A stretch of DNA of 64,000 nt, taken from an uncultured Lentimicrobiaceae bacterium (GTDB taxonomy: Bacteria; Bacteroidota; Bacteroidia; Bacteroidales; F082). Where the stretch lies: assembly GCA_964463695.1 (NCBI GenBank), contig CAYXCZ010000002.1, forward strand, positions 100,155 to 164,154, in the 5' to 3' direction. Positions 18,196-28,490 of the stretch are shown piece after piece. A model generated the notes under the pieces. That model was not told the DNA's origin. It made no database searches and saw only the letters and a program-made list of their open reading frames with translations. How positions within the stretch are numbered: position 1 is the stretch's first letter; each line of letters opens with the position of its first letter. Position numbers and translations under genes: made by a program.

Positions 18196-20691
18196 TTATT
18201 CCTGATAATATACACGCTTTACCCGTCTGGAAATTCTTGTCAGTATTTCGTATGGAATAGTATCAGCCGCCTGAGCAAAAGCATTCAAAGCGTGTTGGTT
18301 ATCGAATATTACAACTGTATCACCTTCCTCAGCAGAAATATCAGAAAGGTCAATCATACACATATCCATACACACATCGCCAACAATTGGTGCAGCTTTG
18401 CCATTAATAAAAAGAAATCCTCTACCATTGCTCAGGATTCTTGGCAGCCCATCAGCATAGCCAATAGGAACAACTCCAATTTTTGTTTCCTTGTCAACAA
18501 AAGTCCTGCGGTTATATCCAATACTGTCTCCTTCCGGAACTATACGAATTTGACTCAGATTTGATTTCAGGGAGACAACAGTTGAGAGTTTTTCATTTTC
18601 AACGCCACCTGATGCAACGCCATAAACCCCAATTCCAAGACGTACCATCTCATAATGAGCCTCTGGAAAACGTACAATACCGGCAGAATTGAGGATATGT
18701 CTGTCGAAGCTATAGCCAATTTTTTGCTCCAGAAACTTACAACTGTCTTCAAAAATGCTAAACTGTCTCCGTGTAAATGGATCATGCGCTTCTGTTTCAC
18801 TTGCAGCGAGGTGAGAAAAAACTGACTGGACCTGCAAAAGTGGATTTTTCAGAATTTGCTCGCTCAATTCCAAAAGTTCTTCCGGATTGAAACCCAGACG
18901 CCGCATCCCGGTATCTATTTTAAGATGTATTTTAACTTTTTGGTGATTTCTGTCAACCCGTTGAATGGCTTCCTGCAAAAGTCCCAACACTCTGAAACTA
19001 AATATCTCAGGTTCAAGGTCATAATTCAACATCGCATCAAAACTATGTTCTTCAGGGCTCATTACCATAATAGGTAACCGAATTCCTGCCTTTCGCAATT
19101 CGACACCCTCATCAGCATAGGCAACAGTTAGGTAGTCAACATGATGGAACTGCAAAACGTTCGCAATCTCGTAACCTCCGCTTCCATAGCTGAAGGCTTT
19201 CACCATAACCATTATTTTCACTTCGGGAGGCAGAAGCGAACGATAATAGTTCAAATTCGAAACCAAATGATTGAGATTGATTTCGAGAATTGTTTCATGA
19301 GCTTTTTGCTGAAGGAGTTGGCTGATACGTTCAAAACCAAATACACGTGCCCCTTTGATTAGTATGGAAGTGCTGTGAAAATCGGATAAGGCAATGGCTG
19401 CCAGAAAATCTTCTGTCGTTGCATAGAATTTCTTTTCCATTTTGAAGCAGCCTGACTGTCGCATCAATGAAGGACCTATACCGATGATTTTCTGAACCCC
19501 TTTTGCTTCCATTAAAGAAGCAACCTGTTCATATAAATCGGCCTCGTTGGTACCACTTTCCAGAATATCGGATAATATAACCGCTTTGTTTTGATGCTGA
19601 TTTTGCTGTTTCAGAAAATCAAGGGCGATAGTCAGTGAATGTATATCACTATTGTAACTGTCGTTTATGAGTGTACAATTATTCAAACCTTCTTTGAGTT
19701 CTAAACGCATTGCAACCTGCGTCAATAGTAACATTCGTTCCTTAATTGTTGCAATATTATAGCCTAAAAGAAGCATTACGCAGGCACAATGAATAGCATT
19801 TTCAACAGAGGCATCATCAATAAATGGGATGGTGAAATCGAAGGGTTGTTGCTGATAATGAGCACTTATAATACTGTGATGCGTCGATTTTGTAACAGTG
19901 TCAATCTTTAGATCAGCATCAAGTTTTTTACTCCAGGTAAATGACTTGATTGAATGAAGCAACTGTGACTTGATAATTCCTTCCTGAATTTCCGCATGAT
20001 CGATGCAATAAATCAAGGTTTCAACTTTTGTAAAAAGTTTGAGTTTTTCTCCAACCTTTTGTTGTATTCGAATAAAGTTTTCACCGTGAGCCGGACCTAT
20101 ATTCGTGAAAACACCTATTGCAGGACGGATGATTTGCTGAAGATTTATCATCTCACCGGGTTCCGAAATGCCTGCCTCAAAAAGAGCCAGTTGATGCTCA
20201 GCTTCAATTTGCCAAACAGATAACGGGACGCCGATTTGTGAGTTATAACTTTTGGGGCTTCGAACGATAGAAATATCAGGTGAAAGCAATTGATGCAGCC
20301 ATTCCTTAACGATGGTTTTTCCGTTACTTCCTGTTATTCCAATTACTTGTCCATCAAATGATTTTCTATGAAAAGAGGCTATTTTTTGTAAGGCAGAAAG
20401 GCTGTCCTGGACAAGAAGAAAATTTGTGTCAGAGGGGAAACTCTCCGGCTGGTCTGGTAATTGTGAAACCACAAAGTTCTTTACTCCTAGTTCACTCAGG
20501 GCAGTCAGATAGCGGTGACCATCATTTTTTTTGGTTTTTATTGCGAAAAAGAGGGTTTCATCCGGACTGATTAGTTGCCTGCTGTCGACAAGTAATTTGC
20601 TTATGAAAGTTTCGTTTTCCCCATCGCCAAAGAATTTCGCGTCGGTAATAGTAACGATAGTTTGTAGCTTATAGGGCTTTTCAAGCACCAT
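18196..20691 (-). CDS. Bifunctional UDP-MurNAc-tripeptide:D-Ala-D-Ala ligase (MurF-like) / alanine racemase fusion
   Basis: The N-terminal half has the Mur-ligase P-loop GITGSNGKT. The C-terminal half has the alanine-racemase PLP-lysine motif VMVKAFSYGSGG and a racemase C-terminal domain. Confidence 0.9.
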   Translation of the reverse strand: MVLEKPYKLQTIVTITDAKFFGDGENETFISKLLVDSRQLISPDETLFFAIKTKKNDGHRYLTALSELGVKNFVVSQLPDQPESFPSDTNFLLVQDSLSALQKIASFHRKSFDGQVIGITGSNGKTIVKEWLHQLLSPDISIVRSPKSYNSQIGVPLSVWQIEAEHQLALFEAGISEPGEMINLQQIIRPAIGVFTNIGPAHGENFIRIQQKVGEKLKLFTKVETLIYCIDHAEIQEGIIKSQLLHSIKSFTWSKKLDADLKIDTVTKSTHHSIISAHYQQQPFDFTIPFIDDASVENAIHCACVMLLLGYNIATIKERMLLLTQVAMRLELKEGLNNCTLINDSYNSDIHSLTIALDFLKQQNQHQNKAVILSDILESGTNEADLYEQVASLMEAKGVQKIIGIGPSLMRQSGCFKMEKKFYATTEDFLAAIALSDFHSTSILIKGARVFGFERISQLLQQKAHETILEINLNHLVSNLNYYRSLLPPEVKIMVMVKAFSYGSGGYEIANVLQFHHVDYLTVAYADEGVELRKAGIRLPIMVMSPEEHSFDAMLNYDLEPEIFSFRVLGLLQEAIQRVDRNHQKVKIHLKIDTGMRRLGFNPEELLELSEQILKNPLLQVQSVFSHLAASETEAHDPFTRRQFSIFEDSCKFLEQKIGYSFDRHILNSAGIVRFPEAHYEMVRLGIGVYGVASGGVENEKLSTVVSLKSNLSQIRIVPEGDSIGYNRRTFVDKETKIGVVPIGYADGLPRILSNGRGFLFINGKAAPIVGDVCMDMCMIDLSDISAEEGDTVVIFDNQHALNAFAQAADTIPYEILTRISRRVKRVYYQE

Positions 20692-20698
20692 AAATTAA

Positions 20699-21766
20699 TT
20701 AATTAGGGATAGAAGTTTTAGTCAACTTGTTGGATTCCAGCTCCTGTTGCTGTCTCCTGTTTCGAATAATGTCAATAGCCAAATATATAGCCTGACGAAA
20801 AGCTTCTTCTGAAGCTTCGTTTTTTCCTGCCAGGTCATAGGCTGTACCATGAGCCGGAGAGGTTCGAACGATGGGTAATCCGGCTGTGTAATTTACGCCT
20901 CCTTCAAAAGCGAGGCTTTTAAAAGGTGCTAAACCCTGATCATGATACATGGCTAAAACAGCATCATATTTTTTCCAGCTTCCTGAACCAAAAAAACCAT
21001 CAGCAGGAAAAGGGCCATAAGCCAGTATGCCTTGCTCTTTCTTAATTTTTTTGAGTGCCGGAATAATTACATCGTTTTCTTCATTACCAAGCAAACCTCC
21101 GTCACCAGCATGTGGATTTAACCCCAGAACAGCAATTTTTGGTTTCAAAACCCCAAAATCATTGATAAGACTTTGGTTTAGAATTTGTAATTTTTTGATA
21201 ATCAATTCCGGGTGTATTTTTGAAGGCACTTCTTCAAGGGGTATATGTCCGGTAAGTGTTCCAACACGCAGATTGTTCCAAACCATAAGCATAAGAGGTT
21301 CGTTGTTCCCAAAGCGTGTTGAAAGATATTCTGTGTGGCCCGGAAAGTCAAATTGAGCCGATTGAATATTCTGCTTATTAATTGGAGCTGTCACTAAAAC
21401 ATCAATCCAGTCATTTTTCAGATCGTTTACAGCCATTTCCAATGCCTGATAAGCGGCTTCACCTGCGATAGTGGTGCTTTTTCCAACGTCAATCTGTAAG
21501 TCGTTTTCGGTGCAATTCACAATATTGCAACGCTTTGGATGTGCTTGCGAAGCATCTTTGACCAGATTAAAATTGAGCTCTGCTGCATTCAGGTTTTTCT
21601 TGTAGAAAGAGGCAACCCTTGAATGTCCATAAACAATGGGCGTAAAAAGCTCGATCATCCTGATATCCGTAAGAGCTTTTATAATTACCTCATAACCAAT
21701 ACCATTAATGTCGCCATGAGTGATGCCAACCCTGATTCTGTCGTCGGTAGATTTTTGCTTCTCCAT
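20699..21766 (-). CDS. pdxA: 4-hydroxythreonine-4-phosphate dehydrogenase
   Basis: It has the motifs ITHGDINGIGYEV, GHTEYL and TSPAHGTAYDLAGK. Its stop is 7 nt upstream of the murF-alr start, so the two are probably co-transcribed. Confidence 0.9.
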   Translation of the reverse strand: MEKQKSTDDRIRVGITHGDINGIGYEVIIKALTDIRMIELFTPIVYGHSRVASFYKKNLNAAELNFNLVKDASQAHPKRCNIVNCTENDLQIDVGKSTTIAGEAAYQALEMAVNDLKNDWIDVLVTAPINKQNIQSAQFDFPGHTEYLSTRFGNNEPLMLMVWNNLRVGTLTGHIPLEEVPSKIHPELIIKKLQILNQSLINDFGVLKPKIAVLGLNPHAGDGGLLGNEENDVIIPALKKIKKEQGILAYGPFPADGFFGSGSWKKYDAVLAMYHDQGLAPFKSLAFEGGVNYTAGLPIVRTSPAHGTAYDLAGKNEASEEAFRQAIYLAIDIIRNRRQQQELESNKLTKTSIPN

Positions 21767-21791
21767 GCTATTTGTTAACTGAATTATGGTG

Positions 21792-21799
21792 CAAAGGTA
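21792..21799 (-). promoter_or_regulatory. -7 box (TAccTTTG on the minus strand) upstream of pdxA
   Basis: The plus strand reads caaaggta. It lies 26 nt upstream of the ATG at 21766. Confidence 0.45.
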
Positions 21800-22153
21800 G
21801 TCATTTCACCAAAGGTAAAATGAAGTCTGTTTGCTTTACATTTTTTGAAAAGTTGACGTGTTTTCAACATAATTATAACTGCTTGACTAAAACCTTGGAA
21901 TGTCTTCTTATAATTCGAAAATATTCTTGATTAATACCGATATATTTTGGTCATATATTTAAAATAAGACACATTTAAAATAAGTGCTTGCAGATGAAAA
22001 ACGGAATTTGTCATTAAAACTAACAGCGTCAATAGTTTGTTTTTCATTCTAAAACTTTGATTTGAAGGATACAAATTGAAAAAATATATCACACTTTTAA
22101 CGAAATAAAAGCATGAATGAAATAATCAGATGATACGCTATGTTTAATTTAGG

Positions 22154-22161
22154 TAGGTTTG
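22154..22161 (+). promoter_or_regulatory. Possible -7 box (TAggTTTG)
   Basis: taggtttg lies only 13 nt upstream of the ATG at 22174. That would give a very short leader, so my confidence is lower. Confidence 0.3.
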
Positions 22162-22173
22162 CAATTAAATTAA

Positions 22174-22917
22174 ATGAAATTGTTTCAATTCCTGGGTTTC
22201 TTTCATCAGCATCTCTTAATAAAACATGTTGTTTTGGCTTGCTTCATTAGCTTGACAATGGTCCCGGTTGAGATTTTTTGTCAGGAGTACACTGTTGTTC
22301 CCGATACCATTTATGGAGCTGATCCACTGCTACAAAACGGAAAAATTTACAATTTTTTCCCACCTCCAGGAACAAGCGGTAATCCGTATTTAAATGGTGC
22401 TGATTTTGTTGATGGCACTTTAGTGCTTCGCGGACAAGTATTTCAGAACCTTCCACTTAAGTATGATATTTTTAACAAAGTAGTTGTTCTTGGCTATCGT
22501 AATGAACTTGGGGCTCAGGGACAAATAATTGTTTCAAATGCATTTCTTGATGCTTTCACATTGGGTGATATGAAATTTATCCCTTTTACAGGTGTTGATT
22601 CTGTAATTAGATATGACCAAATTATTGGAGATGAAACCTTTGGAATTGTATATTCATGGTATAAACTCATTGCATTGGATACCCGGCTTGGGGCATCGAA
22701 TCATGTATTTTCTGATCCAAAGAAAAACGCAATGCTAATCCGAACCCAAAAACTTTACAGTTTCAAAAACAAGCGTTCCTTTCTTCGTCTGTTTACCAGT
22801 GAAGAAAGAGAAAAGTTGAAATCAATCATTAAAAAGCATAAAATCAAGCTTCATCGTGCCACTGATTATCAGATGGGACTTTTTGTTTCTGAATGCAGTA
22901 AAACGCTTGCCCCATGA
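22174..22917 (+). CDS. Hypothetical secreted protein; first gene of the TonB-receptor operon
   Basis: It has a hydrophobic N-terminus and belongs to no family I can name. Its stop overlaps the next gene's ATG (ATGA). It is a distant paralogue of the 247-aa ORF at 59728-60471. Confidence 0.55.
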   Translation: MKLFQFLGFFHQHLLIKHVVLACFISLTMVPVEIFCQEYTVVPDTIYGADPLLQNGKIYNFFPPPGTSGNPYLNGADFVDGTLVLRGQVFQNLPLKYDIFNKVVVLGYRNELGAQGQIIVSNAFLDAFTLGDMKFIPFTGVDSVIRYDQIIGDETFGIVYSWYKLIALDTRLGASNHVFSDPKKNAMLIRTQKLYSFKNKRSFLRLFTSEEREKLKSIIKKHKIKLHRATDYQMGLFVSECSKTLAP

Positions 22918-25691
22918 AGCGGTTATCTATATTTCTGTTGTTTTGGCTGCTGTTTATAAACGCAGTTTTAGCCGATGATCCCCCTAAAAAGGCGAGCTGT
23001 AATTTTAGTAAGGCATCTTATGCCGAGTTTGCATCCTTCATTTTCAATGAAACAGGAGTACGCATTTTTTACCAAAAGGAGGCTGTAAAAAACATTCAGG
23101 TTACTTTAAAAGAAGATAGTTTGAGTGTATTGGCATTGGTTGAAAAAACGATTAGTGGCACTAATTTAAGAGTTTCAGAATGGAATAAGCATCTTGTGGT
23201 ACTTCCGGAAATAACATTGTACACCGGGTTGCCTCCTTTTCAACCCATTCTCTCCGAGTCACAAGATGGCAGTGATGCTGTTGAAAAGAAGACAACAGCC
23301 GAAGAGAAGTACCTTACAGGCAGAGCTCCTGAAGTAGTTAAAACAATACGGATTGGAAATGCGGGCGCGATAAAAACCACAGGTAAAGCAAAAATCCTTG
23401 GACGTATTCTGGATAAGGACAGCGGAGAGCCGATCTATAATGCTACACTTTACTTTCCCGATCTTGAGACAGGTGTTGTTACGGATGAGAATGGTTTCGC
23501 TACGCTTTTATTACGTCCTGGGAAACATGCTGTTCGTATTGATTATCTTGGATATGAGCGTAAAAACTACTTGTTTGATGTGTATAACGATGGCGACTTT
23601 ACGATTGAATTGGGCAGAACGGTGATTCAAATGAAGGAGTTTGTTGTGTATGGTGACAAGCAGATGAGCATGAAATCCAAAGACCCCGGGCTGGATAAAA
23701 TTGCCATGAAGACCATCAAAGAACTTCCCATGATGATGGGAGAGCGTGATGTGTTGAAAATTTCAAGTATGCTTCCTGGCATTGTAAACACAGGTGAAGG
23801 TACTTCCGGAATTAATGTAAGGGGAGGAGGATCAGATCAAAATGCGTTCTATATCAATAAGATACCTGTTTATAACACTTCCCACTTGTTTGGTTTCTTT
23901 CCGGCTTTTAATTCTGAAATTATTCGTGACTTTTCCGTTTATAAAGGGCATATACCTGCTCAGTTTGGAGGCAGGCTATCTTCTGTTTTTAATATTACAA
24001 CACGTCAGGGAAACAGAAAACGTTTTTCGGTTCGTGGAGGTATAAGTCCGATAACCGGCAATATTGTTGTTGAAGGTCCAATTATCAAAGACACCTGTTC
24101 AGTTCTGCTTAGTGCCCGCACCTCCTATTCTGACTGGATGCTTGAGCGTATTGAAGACCCAACAATAAGAGCCTCATCAGCCAATTTTAACGATTTTGCA
24201 GCTGCGGTAAATTTTGATGTGCAAAAAACCCAGATTGCTGCTTTTGGTTACAGAAGTTATGACCGTTTTCGGCTGGCGGATCTAAATGATTACAATTATA
24301 CAAACTCAGGTGTATCACTTAGCATCAGTCGTACTGTAAATGCGATGCTGCGCGGCGAACTGTCGTTGATTGCTGCTGATTATAGCTTTAAAACAACAGA
24401 TCGTCAACAAATATCATCGGCTTATGAACACTCATACCAAACATCGCATTATGAAGCCCGGCTCGACTTTAAACATGTTATAAGTTCGAGTCACACCCTC
24501 GATTATGGCTTGGGTTCAACGCTTTATAAGTTGGATAGAGGTACAGTATCACCGCTGGGAATTTTATCATTACGCATCCCGGTCGAACTTGGAGAAGAAA
24601 AAGGTCTCGAGTCATCTATTTATATATCAGATACATATGAACCTAATCCCCGTCTGAGCTTAACATTGGGATTACGTTTTAGTGTTTTTAATCCACTTGG
24701 TCCTGATGATGTGCTCCTTTATGCTTCAGGGCTACCAAAAGATCTTAGGTTCATCGAAGATACGCTAAGTTTCTCCAATAATCAGCCTTTAAAGTGGTAC
24801 ACTGAGCCAGATATCAGGGCAGCAGTAAACTACAGTACCGACGAAAATGGCTCATTAAAGTTTGCGTTCAACCAAATGCATCAGCACCTGTTTTTGCTCA
24901 ATAATACAGTTAGTATTTCTCCCAGCGCTCAATGGAAACTCGCCGATTACCATTTGAAACCCTCTCAAAGCAATCAGGTTTCGATGGGTGTTTTCCGCAA
25001 TTTGAAACAATGGGGTTTGGAAACCTCTTTTGAGGTATATTATAAACAGGCAAAAAACTTTCCTGAGTTCAGGGATGGAGCTGATTTTTTAAAGTCGCCG
25101 CATGTTGAAACTGCCGTTCTGCAAGGAACACAGAAATCCTATGGATTTGAGTTTTTTCTCAAAAGAAACAACCGTAAAATTGATGGCTGGCTGTCTTATA
25201 CCTATTCAAGATCGTTGATTCAAGTTGATGATGCAAATAAATTAAACACAATCAATAACGGATTGGTTTACCCTTCAAATCACGACATACCACATGTGGT
25301 AAATCTGGTTGTTAACTATCATATTAGAAGGCGATTAACACTTTCATCAGTTGTAACTTACCAAAGCGGACGGCCTGTTACTTTCCCAACCTCATTCTAT
25401 TATGTGAATGGTGTTCCTATGCTCGATTATTCCAATCGCAATGCTTATCGCATCCCCGACTATTTTAGAACAGATTTATCACTTACACTGGAGGGAAGTT
25501 TAAAAAAAGAAAAATTCATTCACAGCTCATTGGTTATCAGTGTTTACAATCTGACCGGAAGGGAAAACCCCTATTCAGTGTACTTTAAAAACGAGGAGGG
25601 AAAGATAAAAAGCTATCAGTATTCGGTGATAGGAGTTCCAATTTTGACCGCCACATGGATTTTTAAACTTGGTAATTATGCAGCAGAATAG
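22914..25691 (+). CDS. TonB-dependent receptor-like outer-membrane protein with an N-terminal STN-like domain, a CarboxypepD_reg domain and a plug
   Basis: It has a signal peptide and an STN-like segment (FSKASYAEFASFIFNETGVRIFYQ...LRV). The CarboxypepD_reg segment reads ILGRILDKDSGEPIYNATLYF...DENGF. The plug contains GTSGINVRGGGSDQNAFYINKIPVY, and the C-terminal half is a long beta-rich barrel. Confidence 0.8.
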   Translation: MKRLSIFLLFWLLFINAVLADDPPKKASCNFSKASYAEFASFIFNETGVRIFYQKEAVKNIQVTLKEDSLSVLALVEKTISGTNLRVSEWNKHLVVLPEITLYTGLPPFQPILSESQDGSDAVEKKTTAEEKYLTGRAPEVVKTIRIGNAGAIKTTGKAKILGRILDKDSGEPIYNATLYFPDLETGVVTDENGFATLLLRPGKHAVRIDYLGYERKNYLFDVYNDGDFTIELGRTVIQMKEFVVYGDKQMSMKSKDPGLDKIAMKTIKELPMMMGERDVLKISSMLPGIVNTGEGTSGINVRGGGSDQNAFYINKIPVYNTSHLFGFFPAFNSEIIRDFSVYKGHIPAQFGGRLSSVFNITTRQGNRKRFSVRGGISPITGNIVVEGPIIKDTCSVLLSARTSYSDWMLERIEDPTIRASSANFNDFAAAVNFDVQKTQIAAFGYRSYDRFRLADLNDYNYTNSGVSLSISRTVNAMLRGELSLIAADYSFKTTDRQQISSAYEHSYQTSHYEARLDFKHVISSSHTLDYGLGSTLYKLDRGTVSPLGILSLRIPVELGEEKGLESSIYISDTYEPNPRLSLTLGLRFSVFNPLGPDDVLLYASGLPKDLRFIEDTLSFSNNQPLKWYTEPDIRAAVNYSTDENGSLKFAFNQMHQHLFLLNNTVSISPSAQWKLADYHLKPSQSNQVSMGVFRNLKQWGLETSFEVYYKQAKNFPEFRDGADFLKSPHVETAVLQGTQKSYGFEFFLKRNNRKIDGWLSYTYSRSLIQVDDANKLNTINNGLVYPSNHDIPHVVNLVVNYHIRRRLTLSSVVTYQSGRPVTFPTSFYYVNGVPMLDYSNRNAYRIPDYFRTDLSLTLEGSLKKEKFIHSSLVISVYNLTGRENPYSVYFKNEEGKIKSYQYSVIGVPILTATWIFKLGNYAAE

Positions 25692-26835
25692 ACAATTTCT
25701 TTATGTGGTTTGGTTATTGGCTATGCTAACATCCTGCATTAAGCCATACACACCTGATATACGGTTGGATGATCAAATCAAGTATGTTGTCAATGGCCAG
25801 ATAAATGACAGTGATGTGATTCAAACGATCAACATATCAAAAACATCCCCCGTTGACGACCCGGCTTATATACCAGTTGAAGGTTGTTCTGTGATTGTGC
25901 AAGCTGAAACAGGCGAAAGCTTTGATTTTTTTTACAATGGCAATGGTGATTATCAGGGGCATATACCTTCTGCTTATCTGACACCGGGAAAGGCTTTCAA
26001 ACTCGAAATTATCACTCCTGAAGGTGATAATATCTCTTCTGATTTTGATCGCATGTCGGAAGGGCCTTCACTCGGAGAGGTTTATTGGGAAGTTGACACT
26101 CTTTTTGGGAATCAAATAGGTGATCAAACAACAGGTATACAGTTTTATGTTGACCTTGAAGCAGAACCACAGCATAGCAGGTATTATCGCTGGGAAAGTG
26201 TTGAAACATGGGAGTATCATGCCGACTATCCTTTGCAATGGTACTACGATGGTTCGGTTCACAGGGTTGAGCCACCCGATTATTCGCGTAAAATTTGCTG
26301 GAATACTCAAAATGTACCGTATGTTTTTTCTATTAATACCAATAACCTGAGCGATAATCGTTTTTTAAAATTTCCACTGCATTTTGTAAGTAGCCGAACA
26401 TCTCGACTTGCCTATGGTTACAGTGTTAACATCAAACAATACACCTTGAGCGATGAAGCTTACCGTTATTGGGAACAGATGCGCCTTAACAACGAACAAG
26501 ACGCTGGACTATTTGAAAAACAGCCCGTTCCGGTAAGGGGAAATTTGCATTACAGCTCAGGTGATAAAGAAGTTTTGGGATTCTTTGGAGTAAGTTCAAT
26601 GAGAAGTAAAAGACTGTTCATCTTCGATAATGGAGGGGTAACGCTTGATTTCTCAACATTTTGTAATCCTTCGGTACTCGAAAGACAAGGTTTAAAAGAG
26701 ATTCGTCCTTATGAATATCCTGCCTATCTGATGGGTGATGAAGAAACTTATTACTTGGTGGTTTTGAACGAAGAGTGTGTCAATTGCCTTGCACTAGGTG
26801 GGGTAAATGTTAAACCTGACTTTTGGCCCCGTTAA
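25678..26835 (+). CDS. DUF4249-family lipoprotein (usual partner of CarboxypepD_reg TonB receptors)
   Basis: It has the lipobox LAMLTSC and a YTPDI...YVVNGQI start typical of DUF4249. I set the start at the ATG (MQQNRQF), which overlaps the receptor's 3' end by 14 nt. Confidence 0.65.
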   Translation: MQQNRQFLYVVWLLAMLTSCIKPYTPDIRLDDQIKYVVNGQINDSDVIQTINISKTSPVDDPAYIPVEGCSVIVQAETGESFDFFYNGNGDYQGHIPSAYLTPGKAFKLEIITPEGDNISSDFDRMSEGPSLGEVYWEVDTLFGNQIGDQTTGIQFYVDLEAEPQHSRYYRWESVETWEYHADYPLQWYYDGSVHRVEPPDYSRKICWNTQNVPYVFSINTNNLSDNRFLKFPLHFVSSRTSRLAYGYSVNIKQYTLSDEAYRYWEQMRLNNEQDAGLFEKQPVPVRGNLHYSSGDKEVLGFFGVSSMRSKRLFIFDNGGVTLDFSTFCNPSVLERQGLKEIRPYEYPAYLMGDEETYYLVVLNEECVNCLALGGVNVKPDFWPR

Positions 26836-26843
26836 TTATAATT

Positions 26844-28490
26844 ATGCAAAAAATCAAACCTATAACCATATCCTTCCTGCTGACACTGATTGCGTTAGCA
26901 CCTTTAAATGTTCTACCTGATGAGATAACTGAAAAAGTATACCTGTCATGCGACAGAAGTGTGTATATAGCTGGGGAGTCAATTGCTTTTTTTGCTCACC
27001 TGACATCAGTTAACAACCAACAGTTAAGCAAAGTACTTTATGTGGAGCTCCTTGATGCAACTGGTAAACAAATCGAAGGAATTAAAACACCTGTTGATAG
27101 TTCCTCCTCTTCCGGACAGTTAGTTGTTCCTGCTGATCTTCTGTCAGGATATTATTACCTCAGAGCTTACACTAAATGGATGCGGAATCAAGGTCCAGGA
27201 TCTTATGCATGGAAACTCATTAAAGTGATTAACCCAACACGTAATGAGACCATGACAGGAACTGACACGTTACAACCTCAAAACTTTGCTGAACCGGAGG
27301 CCTTTATTATTCAGCTTCAGAAAAATGAAATCAAAACACGTGAAAACGTTGTTTTTGAAGTAGATATGATCCGAAATGATCTTGATATTGTGTCATTTTC
27401 ATTTTCTGTTGTGCCAGAGGAAGCAGTACAATCCTTGCTTTGGCAGTCTGTGTTTTCTAATTCAATCTCCACAACTATTTACCACATGCCTGAAACTAAA
27501 GGCATAAGCCTCAGTGGGCAATTGGTTGATGAAGAAACAGGAGAGGGTGTGCCTTCGCAACATATCAATCTTACTGTTGTAGATCAAAATAAGGAATTTA
27601 TGGCACGCCAAACCGATGAAAACGGAAGGTTTTTCTTTGCACTACCAGATGGCATCGGCGAGCGCGACTTATTTATTTGTGCCCAACTTGCTACTGATAA
27701 AAAAACTGTTGTCCACATCGATAAGGATTTTTGCAGCATCGATGTGAAACTGCCAGCTTTACATTTTGAGCTTGATTCAGTGGCGCGTGCATCTGCACTT
27801 AAAATGGCCGTTAATCATCAAGTGGATGGCATTTTCCCTGTTTCAGGTAAAACCGAACTTTTACCCATATCGCCTGACGAAAGAGCCTTCTATGGAAAAC
27901 CAACACATGTTGTTGATATCGATAGATATGTGCAACTGCCTACATTGGAAGAATACTTCAATGAATTGCCGGGTATGGCAAGGGTTAGGAAAAGAAATGG
28001 ATCAAGGTATTTCAAAGTGCTTGGAACGAACGGAGCATTAGCAATTTATGATCCGCTTGTAATGATCGATCTTGTTGCTATTGATGACCCCGAGAAGGTA
28101 CTTTCAGTTGCTCCCCAACAGATTGAACGCATTGAAATAGTAAATGAACCTTACATAAAAGGTGATTTAACATACGGTGGCATCATTAGCCTTATTTCGA
28201 GAAAAGGTGACTTTGGAGGGATCGATTTGCCTTCTTCAGGTATTTTTGTTGCCTATGAATTATTTGATCCAGCAACTAAACAACAAAAAGTATTCAATTC
28301 TAATGCAGATAGTCCTGACCCTCGGAACACACTTGGATGGTGGCCAAATGTGACATTACATCCAGAAAAAAAGATTTCACTTTCCTTCAAAACTGGAGAT
28401 ACTTCAGGAAATTTCGCAATTGTAGCAACTGCGATTCTTTCAAATGGTGAGATAGTATATGCTGTCAAACGATTCAATATTAAGGATTAA
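26844..28490 (+). CDS. Hypothetical secreted protein with an MG2-like N-terminal domain and a CarboxypepD_reg-like middle domain
   Basis: It has a signal peptide. The segment VYLSCDRSVYIAGESIAFFAHL resembles macroglobulin MG2 domains. The segment LSGQLVDEETGEGVPSQHINL...DENGRFFF resembles the carboxypeptidase regulatory fold. Its ATG is 8 nt after the previous stop. Confidence 0.5.
   Translation: MQKIKPITISFLLTLIALAPLNVLPDEITEKVYLSCDRSVYIAGESIAFFAHLTSVNNQQLSKVLYVELLDATGKQIEGIKTPVDSSSSSGQLVVPADLLSGYYYLRAYTKWMRNQGPGSYAWKLIKVINPTRNETMTGTDTLQPQNFAEPEAFIIQLQKNEIKTRENVVFEVDMIRNDLDIVSFSFSVVPEEAVQSLLWQSVFSNSISTTIYHMPETKGISLSGQLVDEETGEGVPSQHINLTVVDQNKEFMARQTDENGRFFFALPDGIGERDLFICAQLATDKKTVVHIDKDFCSIDVKLPALHFELDSVARASALKMAVNHQVDGIFPVSGKTELLPISPDERAFYGKPTHVVDIDRYVQLPTLEEYFNELPGMARVRKRNGSRYFKVLGTNGALAIYDPLVMIDLVAIDDPEKVLSVAPQQIERIEIVNEPYIKGDLTYGGIISLISRKGDFGGIDLPSSGIFVAYELFDPATKQQKVFNSNADSPDPRNTLGWWPNVTLHPEKKISLSFKTGDTSGNFAIVATAILSNGEIVYAVKRFNIKD

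Noticed and set aside
21767-22173. 407-bp AT-rich intergenic region, examined for tRNA, sRNA, IS remnants or repeats
   Set aside because: It has no cloverleaf-capable GC-rich segments, no inverted terminal repeats and no ORF fragments with transposase-like sequence. It is most simply a divergent promoter region for pdxA and the TonB-receptor operon.
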